64,000 nt of DNA, from the NCBI GenBank assembly GCA_000320545.1, contig ADNK01000436.1:24587-88586 (forward strand), given 5' to 3'. The notes beneath the pieces are model-generated. The model was not told the DNA's origin. It did not search any database and saw only the letters and a program-made list of their open reading frames with translations. Of this stretch, positions 1 to 11,839 are shown in pieces. The position numbers and the translations under genes are program-made. Numbering within the stretch: the first letter of the stretch is position 1; the number at the start of each line of letters is the position of its first letter. Source of the DNA: Bigelowiella natans CCMP2755 (taxonomy: Eukaryota; Protista; Cercozoa).

Positions 1-152
1 AAGAATCGCATGCGTACTTGCAGAGAAAGGGGAACGGCTTCCCGCAAAGGATAGGCGATGTCGTAGAGTGAAACCGGATAGGTTTTCGATGTTATCGCGT
101 AAAACTACAGGAATCCCTGCTAATCCCGGATATTCCCCCCTTCAGAACCACG

Positions 153-811
153 ATGATGGGCTCCGAGGAGAGGTTGCACGCGGCGTCATCGACCAAGCGA
201 GCCCGTTCCGCACCCCCCACCCCCACCCCCTCGAAGAGACATCGTGGCAAAAGGGAATTAGATACAGACCGTCATCTGACCGAAGGAAGCAAAGACGCTG
301 GCAGCGGTACTCGAGCGGATGTACCGGTGCCGAGGAAGAGGATTGATAGTGCGGGACTCCAGCACCTCCCGCCGTATCTCATCCGGGTGCGACAAAGACA
401 GATATCTTTTTTGATAAAGTCCTTACACGTGCTTTATCTGCAACATTTATCCCTGCGATTGTTTGAACTTTCTTAGAAGATTCTCGAAGCTAGCGGCTCA
501 ATCATTGCCCTGGCAAACTACATGACGGTACATTCGATGGAAAAGAAATGAGACGCATGTTAATTCCTTTCAAATCTTTCTGTTATAAACTATCAGCATT
601 CCACACGTTGTATTTTATTTACTGATCCGTCTTCCTTCATTCCCATGCTACACAGATTAGTCGGGCGATTCACAGATTGATAGCCCCTTCATTCTTCCAG
701 TACGGCTTGAATGAGAGGAAGCTCTCTAGGAAACACGAATTGGGTTGTTGCACCAAACTTTATTTCCAATGGAGTTACCCTTGATGCTTGTATGCTTGTC
801 GAAAATATTCT

Positions 812-852
<41 letters not shown>

Positions 853-1901
853 AATCCACGTTGGTAATCTATCCCCTGCATGCATGTGACGCAGCCAAAC
901 TGCGGCTGAAGGCGAATCTCCGCTACTGCCGCCTATGCGTAGAATCTCCATCCTTGTTCCGCGAGATTGGACGTCAAATCGCCATGAGCTCGAGGCACAA
1001 GATCTCCCGCCTTGATCTCGCACACTGTAATAATGCGGCAAGGAGTAGTGCCTAGACACAACAATGAGAGTCAATGAACAACAATAAACAACAAAATGAT
1101 AATGATGCGAGTCAATAGAGAAATTCAAGCAGGGTGCAGGGGTGATTGGGTCTGCACGTCGCTGGAGACGACAATGATGATAGCGATAACCCCGAGGCAA
1201 ATGACCTACAACACGGCAAAATAGCCACCAAAGAATCATCATTGTCTTGTCCTCGCTCATCTTTTTGACTCTAAAACCGTTTTCGTAGGCGAAGCATACG
1301 AAGTTGATCTCAGAGCGATTGTTAGCAAGCATATTGGTACTCTCACCGCACTTGCTCTCCCAAGTAAAAAAGCTAGTAGCAGGACATCTTGCTCGTCGTT
1401 GTCTGCCGAATATCCCACGATCAGATTGAATTTGTTGCAATCATGGGGGGAGTTAATCCATAGAATTAGAAAGACCACTGGTGGACTATTTTCAATGTAA
1501 TAAGCACCGATGGCATTTTTTAAGTTCGTGACAGCCGTGTTGCCGGGTAGAATTTACTGGAGTTAATAGTTCAACTCCGTATATTGCTGCTTTTTTGAGA
1601 AGCGTGAGGGCCCCTTCTGTGTGCGGAGGAATAGTCGTCTTCCTACATAAAGATAAATAAATAAATTCTGTCTGTCTGCCTTCCATGCTGTAGCTGTGGT
1701 GCACGGGGGAGGCGATGCAGCATCTTCAACATGGCAACGGTGAGAACACACGGAAATTGGAAGATGAGCGTATGTAAAAAAAGAAGAGAATTTTGTAGCC
1801 CTTGCGTTATCTCTTCAAAAAAACCACTCCCAGTTTGCGTATCTTTCGATCTCAAGCCGTTGCGGCTTTCTCTGAAAGAAAATATAAAAGCTACTGTATA
1901 C

Positions 1902-1944
<43 letters not shown>

Positions 1945-3162
1945 GATGCAGGTATGAGAAGCTATTCGATTATGGTAAAGCACCCTTATTACGCCGTCTT
2001 ACTGTGACGAGGACCTCCGGTGTGATATTTTGTTCGTAATGATGATGCTATGCACGTATCATCATCATCTTCACCATCATCTCAACATCATCTCATGATC
2101 GTTATCATCATCATCGTCCTCACGATCATGCTCATAACTTATGCCGTTTGTGTTTCCACAGGACTGGCACGCATGGACGATATCTGTTTAGGCAAGATTA
2201 TCGGCCCGAAATGTCCGAATCTACTGCATCTAGACATCTCTGGCAACCTCACAGCTAATGTGTGTGTGTGTGTGAGTGTGAGTGAGTGAGTGAGTGAGTG
2301 AGTGTGTGCACGCTCGCGCGCGCGCGTGTTTGCCCTAGTATGCGTGCGGCTATGTATAACAGCTGTTACTTTCGTTCTCTACTGCTATAAACTCACAATC
2401 GGTATTATATTACACGAAACAAAGGCTCTCAAACTCATTGCGACGAACTTGCCACGACTGGCGTATCTTCGAGTGGAGGGGGACTTCAACATTACTATTC
2501 CAAAATCTCGCAGCAGCAGCAGCAACCACGATATTAACGAGGGAGGGGCGTCGATCCTTGCCGACTCAGGTGATATTAGGCGTAAAGATGAGGGAAAATG
2601 CGAAGAACGTGGGGGAACGTCGAGGATGATTATGATGATACAGATAGTACATTGAAGACTAATATTCTAAATACTACCAGAATTATTATCAAAAGTTGCT
2701 TTTCTTCTTCCCATTTATCGTCGTCGTCGTCGTCGTCAGGGTTCGAGAGTCTGGGTGCTCTGAAAGAGCTGCGAGAGTTGCGTCTGATCTTCCATGCAAA
2801 TTTTGTCACAGAGCAAGGGATACTCACAACACTCAAAAAGTACTAATACTACTGTTACTACTACTGCTACTACGAATACTACTACACAGCAGCAGCAGTA
2901 GTTGTAGAAGTAGTAGTAGTAGTAGTAGTAGTTGTTTTTAGGAGGGAAATAGCAATCTAGAGACCCCCCCCTCTCATCATTCGTATTGATGGTAGGAGAG
3001 CTAGTAGTAGTTGTAGATAGTAGTAGTAATAGTAGTAGTAGTAGTAGTAGTAGCAGTAGTGGTAGTGGTAGTGGTGCTGATGGCGAGCACCTTCCGATTT
3101 AACAAAAGGAAGAAACTGATTTTCGTCAGAAACAGCAGCTTCATCTGTTCGTTCAGATATAC

Positions 3163-3196
<34 letters not shown>

Positions 3197-3475
3197 TAAA
3201 CATGTATCTGATTCCATCCTCCCATGCTATCATCATTCAGACTGCACCTTCTAAGGAAGCTAGAGCTGCCATTCTCCTCATGTTTAACAGACGAGGTAGT
3301 AGGTCGTAGTAATAGAAGTACCCAGGAGGGGCGCGGGAAGGGTTGCTTGGGTGACCCGGAAAACAGCGATGAATGTAGTCTATCCTATGTGGCTCTGCTA
3401 TCGCTGTGCCGCACAATGGAAGCACGTCGTCGATGATGGAAGTCCTCGTAGTGTTGTTGTTGTTATTGTTTCCGC

Positions 3476-3512
<37 letters not shown>

Positions 3513-3874
3513 GAACGCTTTCACGCCACACTACGCCATTTCAATTTAAACCCTTGTTGTTATGATGATGATATGGAAGATGATGATGATGATGATGAGG
3601 TTGCTAAAGAACAAGTAGAAGACTATTTGATCTACATGTACACATGAATTCGTGTGTATGAATTTGTGTGTCGTCGTATACGCCTACACAGGGTGCGAAG
3701 CAGCTAGGAGACTGTTGCCCGGATTTGGAACTCGTCGATCTGTACGTCTTGCGATCATAATTTTAACAATAAGAGTGATAAATAAAGAAGAAGAAGAACA
3801 ACAAAATCGTTGGCAGCAAAATTGTTGCTCCGGTTCATTTCTTCATTCGTCTCAATATCTCTTCATCCCCCCCC

Positions 3875-3933
<59 letters not shown>

Positions 3934-4071
3934 AAACATACACACACCATATTAAACATCGCCATTCATGTTTCTACAGCTATGCATGCAAGCAGCTCTC
4001 CAACACAGGTAACTGCAGCTGGTGGTGGTAGGGGTAGGGGAACATATAGAATACGCACATATAAGCAAGCA

Positions 4072-4106
<35 letters not shown>

Positions 4107-5111
4107 ATGTTAATTATCACAAACTAGGACTTGTCCAAATGGCGAATAATCTACCTCATCTCCGCTGCTTAAACGTTAAGAGGTGGTGTGTGAGGGATAA
4201 TACACGAAGCAAACAACACATTCAGAACCACCATCAAAACCATCCACATTCTCAAGAGGAGGAGGAGCAAGAGGAAGGGGGAAATTCTCGGGTGCTAGCA
4301 CTGCCGGAAAAGGGATGCTTTGCAGGATAGAGAGTCTTTAATATCTTGAAATAACCCAAAGCGTCAGCAACAGTAGATGACGATGATGATGACGATGCTC
4401 ATATTCAAGCTTTGCTGCTGCTCCTCACGATAGTAATGATGATGACGATGATGTGGTGGTGGTTGCGTCAGATGCACACGGCTATCAAAACCGGGCGCTT
4501 TTGATGTCCTTGATCACGGCAGCATTCAACACATTCAGGTTCGTAGACAACCGACGATTATGGCCATTAGGCTATTTAGTAGAGCTCCTTTTGCCTTTCT
4601 CTTTTTGTCTATCTCTCGCTCTCTTGCTCTATAACATTCACATCTCCCTCCACTCTCTCAGCTTCCTAATTTCGCTGGACTTCTGAGTGCTGACGTCATG
4701 CTACGGGTTGTCAGAGACACGAGGATGATGACTCCAACCACACCGATAGCGATAACAATAATAATAATAATGATGATGATGATGAAAACATCGATCATTT
4801 CAGTTCATATGGCTTTGCAAATATGTACACCCACACCAGACCACAAACACACAAGTATGATGGATGTGTCGTCTTTTATGTACTCGTTATCATTATTGTA
4901 CACACACTGCGACTAATATCTGCTGCCTGCTACTCTTTTCCAGGTTGAACAGGCTGGCTTCACTCACGAAGGTGCAGGACGGCTTTTTGCCAGAAGCATT
5001 CAGATCCACAGATGGGGTAGGGGAAAGGCTTGGGCGAGGGCCAAGACGCTACATCCAACATCAGGATTGTTCCTCAGATGCTGCACTTGTAGGGGGGTGG
5101 GCCCATGCTAG
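153..5111 (+). CDS. F-box/leucine-rich-repeat (FBXL-type) protein, multi-exon
   Basis: Hand-spliced GT-AG exons give an F-box-like start (LQHLPPYLIR|KILEASGS) followed by AMN1/FBXL-type LRRs: MDDICLGKIIGPKCPNLLHLDISGNLT, ALKLIATNLPRLAYLRVEG, LGALKELRELRL, LHLLRKLELPFSSCLTDE, LVQMANNLPHLRCLNVKRC. Last exon modelled to TAG at 5109-5111; middle exons not all resolved. Confidence 0.75.
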
Positions 5112-5599
5112 CTAGCCGCTGGCTAATGCTCATCAGCAAGCGCATCATCTAATTAACGTATTGACAATGGCGATGATTCGCATAACGGATAGTGAGTTGC
5201 AGTGCGTGCAGCAAGAAAATCACTATGCAAGTCGAGTGCGAGCAGGCGCATGCGCATGCGTGAACGTGATATCTCAGCAGTTAATGTGCATGCGACACAT
5301 GTCTGCCTCGTGAATTGTGCAGCGAGTAGCACTACGTTTGATTGACAACCACTTTCGCTCTGCCATCATCCAATTGCTGGTCGGAATAGCGACCGGGAGC
5401 ACGGTGCGCGCGTGCAGCTGTGCGGCAGCATGCATGATCCTCGCGCGTGCACAGATCTCCTTTTTTTTCATCACTACTTCCGCATCCATCTATCATCTAA
5501 CTCATGGGAAACCCGATCATCTCACTACGAAACAAACACGGCGACTGGTACGATGCACTGGAAGTCGTCTTACTGCTACTAGGGCCATGCACAAATTTC

Positions 5600-6348
5600 T
5601 TTTGTCATTGCAACTTTTCCATCATGCTCAGCCAAAGCTACTCTGCAGTGATCTCCCAGGAGGAAGAGTCTCTAGCTCTCCTTTCAGAACGAAGCCCCTG
5701 CATGTTCCACTCGAGGGAACGAAATTCGCACAATGGATGATGGTTTCCGCGACATATTGGAGTGCTTCGGAGCCTTCTTGTTTTCGTTTTTGCATCTCTT
5801 CCGAGGCCGCGGGCGGTTGTTTGATCTCTCGCTTAATCTCCCTTGTGTAGTTCGTCACAGTCGAGATCGCTTTGCGGACACCGACCAGTGAGTAGTCTCC
5901 GAAGTCCGATTGGGTAGCGAGATGTTCTTGGTAGCTCCTGCATGTGATTTGTTGAAAATGTGTGTTGCCCCCTCGGTAAGTGGGAGTAAGGGGCGAGAGT
6001 GCTTACAAGCTTGCAAGGGTGGGGGTGGTCCAGTATTTTTTGCACTGTTCCCACTCCACACAGTTTCCAAGAATGACCCCGTAGACATATCAGATCATCT
6101 GTCCGATGTACGATGTTTCCGGGTCGGTTGTGATCTCTTAGCTCGGTGGAGTTGAGGAGTTAGGCTTGAGAGGGGGTAGGAAGAAAAGGAGGGGTTGTGG
6201 CACGGGATAATGGCTTTAGCCGAGGGCTACAGGATTTCTGGGAGAGATTGAACATCGAACATTGACTTTGAAATTGAAAATGTTCATTGGCATCAGAAAC
6301 GTCATGCGACATCTTGAAAAAAGGCATCTTTATGATTGATTTCAGCAT
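5600..6348 (-). pseudogene. Interrupted coding-like relic of unknown origin (possible TE or foreign-gene remnant)
   Basis: Microsatellite-free stretch with protein-like minus-strand frames (e.g. YSLVGVRKAISTVTNYTREIKREIKQPPAASEEMQKRKQEGSEALQYVAETII) broken by stops; lies next to a short tandem array. No family recognised. Confidence 0.3.
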
Positions 6349-6480
6349 AGTACTCCTTATTAGTCGATAAAGTGAAGGCTACATCGAATCGATTTTATTG
6401 TCGCACCTTGCAAAATACATGCATTACAGACTTCATCCTGCAAAAACCGGCCAACACCCACACGCGCCCAGTTTGTCTCA

Positions 6481-6545
6481 TTCATGGATTTCAATGGATT
6501 TCAATGGATTTCAATGGATTTTCAATGGATTTCCTGGATTTCATG
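6481..6545. repeat. Tandem array of ~6 copies of a 10-bp unit (TGGATTTCAA)
   Basis: Read directly: ttcatggatttcaatggatttcaatggatttcaatggattttcaatggatttcctggatttcatg. Related GGATT motifs recur at ~6640 and ~6661, and inverted at ~6708. Confidence 0.9.
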
Positions 6546-6891
6546 CCTTCATGAAAAGCGACATTAGTTTTTGTCAAGTTTTTTTCAAATAATGTCTTAA
6601 AACAGAAGAAATAAATGCCCAGCATTTCCCAGATTTCAGGATTCCGGTTTTCATGTGTCCGGATTCCGTAGTTCAACATCTGGACCGAGAAAATGATAAA
6701 TTTCGATAAATCCAGGATATTCTTGTTATTTTTCGGATGCGTCATGATAAAAGAGTTGACGTTCGTTGTGATTCGCAAACTCCACAATAGTGTCGCCACT
6801 TACGACGGTGTCGTAGGGAATTTAGAAATAACCTTAATAATTGTACTCGTGTCGCATAGGGGGAGAGGAAGGGGGAGAGGAAGGGGGAGAG

Positions 6892-8926
6892 ATGGAGGTT
6901 GAAACCCACCCGAGCCCTTTGGAAGTCAGCTTGCCCCGCATCGTTGTTCTGGTAGCAAATGATCGTAAGGAGGTGGAATTGAAAATGGAACACGCATGCA
7001 TAAGTCGCAACATTAGGAAACGTGTTGAAGAGCTTTTCCGTATTGGGGGATTACTCTTGAGGAACGAACAAAACACCCCGCATCCAGCCCCTCGCATCGA
7101 AACTGGTATCTCCGCAGAATGCCTTTATTCTGTGACTCAGTTCATGCAGTTCTGTGCTGGGAATGACCTAGCCAGCCCAATGTTGCCAATCAGAAGTCCA
7201 ATACTCTCTGCGGCATACGATTCCACCGCCTCTACGTTGCGAATCAGTGAAATGATCAACAACCTAGCTAAAAACCGTCATTCTTTGTACGAGTTGTTGG
7301 ATGCCGCAGTAAAACTTATTATACCAGGACTTAAGTGGGTCTGCGTTGTGAAAATAGCCTGCCTCCTTCTCTCTGTAGACATAGAGGATATTGATCGCGT
7401 CCTTGATCCACACATCCGTGATGGCAGCTTGCGAGAACCAAAAAAGGGAATAGAAAGAGGCTCATTTGTTCAAAGTATTCAACCAAGAGAGAACGAGGCA
7501 ATTGCAACTCTGGAAAGAGAAAGAGGCGCAGAAGTATTAGCGGTAGGAGAAGAAAGATGCATCAGTATGCAAGAAGATGAATATACCTTGCTTGAAATTG
7601 AAAGCGAAAATGACGACAATGTGCAAAAGAGCGATTGCGAAGTTGGAGACGAAATAAATAGGGCTGGATATGACGATAGAAAATGTGAACAATATCGACA
7701 TTCGCGAGTATCCAATTTTTTACATTCTAGCTCGCATGTCTGGAGCTGTGCCCTCTCTTGTAACGGGGAGGTTGGCTTGTTGGCTGCAAATGATAGCAAC
7801 GAGTGTTCCATCTTAAAACGCGATGGGACCTCCACTACTCCGCTCATAGCCGGGATCCCACTCAGATGCCGCATTTCACACGATGGGCGGCGTGCTGTTA
7901 CAGCAGGGAACAGGAACACATGCTATTTTTGGAACGTCGAAAATGGAGAAAGACTCTGGCTCATGGAAGGTGATCCTCCAAGATCTTGCAGTCTCTCCGC
8001 AGACGGGCGCTTCGTGGTCTCGGCGTCAGAGTTGAAGAACACCGTCACAGTGTGGGATACCCTAGAACAGAAACAGGTCCATACCTTTTCGCATCAAGAT
8101 GTCTACGATTGTGCCATCTCGAGGAACGGTACGCACGTGGTTACGGCGTCACTCAAAGACTTGGTGATATGGCATATCTCCGGCAGGAAGAGAAGGGAAT
8201 TCAATGGCCTCAGCGCTCCGTGCGACATCTCGTGTGACAATTCTGTCATTCTCTGTCAGAATGTTAAAGAGTCGGGTGCAGTAATACTCGATTCTAAATC
8301 GGGAAGTATCCTCTCAAAAATGTAAATTTTAACTTATTTTGAAGAAGAGAGTGCATGGCGATTTTGTGTACATTGTGTGTTTGTAGGTGTAGTGGCAAGC
8401 GGATTGTAGATTGCGAACTCTCTTCTGACGCATCAATGGCGCTTATCTCGGGAATGACAGGAAAGTGTACCCTTTGGAGTCTTAAACGAAAAGATTCTTC
8501 CTTTCGTCATGAAGCTATATTGGTTGCAAGTTACTGTGGGCGAACTGGAGCGTTATCCCCGGACGGACACTGCGTACTTTTAGCTAAAGTCAATGGCGAA
8601 TGCGAGCTTCATGACCATCTTCATTTCATAGAGGTAAATTACCATTCGAGCATGAAATGCAAGAGGGTAAGGAGCAGTAGAGATACTTGTTTCATACTCA
8701 TATTTAAAACACTTCAAGTACCTATTGACTACAGTAAAACCTTGTGTTACTAACCATGACACCGCTAACTATCTCAAACATCAATTTGCCAAACATATAA
8801 ACATTGCACCAGGCTTCGACCGTGCTTAAAATTCTCAAACGCGACTTGACTGGTCGCCTCCGCACGACACACGAAGATATTCTCCGGGCACTGTTTCATA
8901 ATTGGCAAGCAAAAGTCGAACAGTGA
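6892..8926 (+). CDS. Skp1-like domain fused to WD40 repeats
   Basis: N-terminal Skp1 POZ and dimerisation signatures (IVVLVANDRKEVELKMEHACISRNI; ISAECLYSVTQF; LYELLDAAVKLIIPGLKWVCVVKIACLL), acidic linker, then WD40-like repeats (CRISHDGRRAVTAGNRNTCYFWNVENG; CSLSADGRFVVSAS..TVTVWDT). Introns 8322-8386 and 8634-8812 keep the frame to TGA 8924-8926. The start may extend upstream via an acceptor at 6859. Confidence 0.8.
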
Positions 8927-9472
8927 GGAGAAGGTCACATCTGAATCACAACAGCATGCACCACACTCAGATTGGGCCAAAATTATAACTTTTCCATGTG
9001 TTTAAGTAAGATGCTGTGCGGGAGCTTTGGACACACACCATATCAATATGGGGTAACATCATGCTTGTCATTGCGGCTGCAGGAGCACTAAAAATGTTGT
9101 GTGCTCGCTCATCAAATGAACACTGAGCATCCGCTGGCACTGCAGAACATCACATCATTGCACATCATGATGAGTGATGCAATCAATGCCATCTCCATGC
9201 ACAATTTTTGTAGCATGCTGAGTCATAGCTGCCTGCTCGATGTCTAGATGTGTCCACATTTTGTGCAAGAAATGGGGCCGCGATGCAGGCCGCCATTTTC
9301 ATTGAACTGTGCATTGCAGAGCAAAACAGACACAGCAATGCAACATGCGACGCGTGGAATATTTCATGTTTGAGATTCACAAAGCAATAATTTCGTTTGA
9401 CTTCTGTCCTCAGCATGCATGTTACTTCACTAGCTGCCAGCTTACAGTGCTTTTTTTTTCTAGCTGCCATAA

Positions 9473-9653
9473 TCATATAAGATATAATCGCTTTCCTAAC
9501 GCTTTTTGCCGCTCTACATGTGCCCTTCGCTGCGTAAGATGCTGCTTGATTCTCGTCTATGTACAATCAGCACAAAAAAGTATAAGATGGAAGGAATGTC
9601 AAAATATCATAAATATGTACACACACACACACACACATGTATGCATTAATATG

Positions 9654-9699
<46 letters not shown>

Positions 9700-10434
9700 C
9701 CAGTTGTTGTCTTGCCCGTGCAAGGGAATGCGTATGCTGGCCCTGTGCGTACAAAACCACACATCATACTTAAATCCTGTAGAACAAAAAAGCTTGTGCA
9801 CAACATATAAAACACACGCACAAAAACACACACACACACACACACACACACAGACGCACACGTGGATATACATTGTGTATATGAGTGTGTGTGTATTTGT
9901 GTGCGAGTGCGTGTGTATGTGTGTGACCTCTCACCTTTGTGTATTTATAAGTCACATTTGTGGTCATTCCTGCATTCCATGGGATAAACTCACCCCTTCC
10001 CGCTTCAATCAAATGTCCCTTTTTCTAGTCAATGTCGTGGGAGGAGGAGGGTGATGGGGGATTCATATCCAATGTAGCATTGATTACCATATTAATGGCG
10101 GCAAGACGGTTAGCAAGATAAGGATGGTAATAAGACTGATTTCCTCTCTTCCTTTTCCCGCCTCTGTGTGGTGAGATTAGTGCTCGATTGTGTGTCGCCC
10201 CCGTTAGCATTATTTACGTATTCGTATGAGTGGTCACTTTCATTTTCGGCGGTTCAGTACCCTCACAGAGAATCGTCGCTTCCATATTTCTTCGAGACTT
10301 TTCGCACCAGAATTGAGTTGCACCAAAAAGTTTTCATACTCACGTACACACTCAAATGCACATGCACACATGTGCCCAAGATTTTTTTTGAATGTAATAG
10401 ATCAAGGTAAACGACTTTTTTATTTAATGTGTAA

Positions 10435-10478
<44 letters not shown>

Positions 10479-11030
10479 TTGTGTATTGTATATATGCTTA
10501 TACAGAGATATATGTTCGTGCATGTGTGGATTATATTTACGTGAATACATGCTGCAGCATCTTTTTTTGATGGGAGGACTAATATCATCATTATTTCTAA
10601 AATGAGACAACCGTAGCTCGACACCATCTCTGAGCTCCCTCGCATGATTGGGAGGATACGCTGCAAAGCTTCCAATCTGCAAGATCATATCATTGCAAAA
10701 TGTTGTGGGTGCAGCTGTGCTTTACGTTGTTCTAATTCATTTGTACATAGTAGAAGATATTTGACTCAGAGTCTTCAAAAAACTCAAAAAGAATTTCAAT
10801 GACCAAGCATTTTAGTGCATACTCTATGCCTAACTCACATGCTACATTCCTTCAAAACACTGGTTGTATGTGTAACGTTCGTCGGTGTGTTTCTCCTTAC
10901 ACTTCCTGCCCTGCGTTGTGCCTCGGCTCCTCGTTGTTCTTGGAGTGCGAGTTTCGGGTTTATCAATCGTCTCTACAAGAGTGTAGTCGTGTTGAAGCAG
11001 AAGTACAACGTACATAAACACGATATTTTA

Positions 11031-11080
<50 letters not shown>

Positions 11081-11718
11081 TAGAGAGCGAGCGAGATAGG
11101 GAGGGGAAAGGACCAGTTTTTGCAGTTACCCACCTCCTCCTCAACATTTCCCAGAGCAATACTACGAGCTTCGTGCTGGCCCTGTTCATGAAGTTTCGAC
11201 CGCATTAGATGAATAGTTACGCTCTAGGCAATTACGGTTTCTAAGCACGTACACGTGACGTGTGCAACTACGAGCTCATGCTCGGTGCATTATTCGCTCT
11301 TCTTGTTGACTTACCGCACTGAAGTAGTACGGAGTGTGCGCATCGAGGTCTTCTTCCCACACTCGAAATCTCTGGTCGAACAACCGGCTACAGAGAGCCA
11401 CACTAGGAATAGTCAAAGCTTTAGGGAGGGAGAATTCAGGGGGGGGAAGAAAGTCTTAAATCATTACCTTGCTCGATTATCGACGTCTACAATCGGCAGA
11501 GGATATCTGTCCCCCCTTCGTGATTTGACGTCATGCTGCTCCTTTCCCTCGACCATTATACTGATTCAAACCTATCCTTGTGTAGCAACGAGGGTTTGGG
11601 GCTTATGCTTTCTCTCTATATTTCCCACTAGGTGTACTCGTTTTGGTTGGGGGAGGTCACGAGGGCCATTTGGCGCGAAATGGAGCAATAAGACGTAAAT
11701 CCTGAGAGTGAAATTCAT
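9473..11718 (-). CDS. Uncharacterised multi-exon protein
   Basis: Chain of phase-compatible GT-AG exons from ATG 11718 (MNFTLRIYVLLLHF...YPLPIVDVDNRASRLFDQRFRVWEEDLDAHTPYYFSA|SVTIHLMRSKLHEQG...IEYALKCLVIEILFEFFEDSESNIFYY|IGSFAAYPPNH). The 3' exons are less certain. No family recognised. Confidence 0.55.
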
Positions 11719-11839
11719 CTTATTCTATATATCCAGTGAATTCATGTTCAACGACAACCCCAAAAAACTTATATTTAAAGTGTGAAGGCTAGCTATTGGT
11801 AGCTTGCAACGGCTATGAACGTTGAGCCGCCAAATTAAA

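Noticed and set aside
6481-6545. Short direct repeats as a CRISPR array
   Set aside because: The 10-bp units are contiguous with no unique spacers, there are no cas genes, and the context is eukaryotic.
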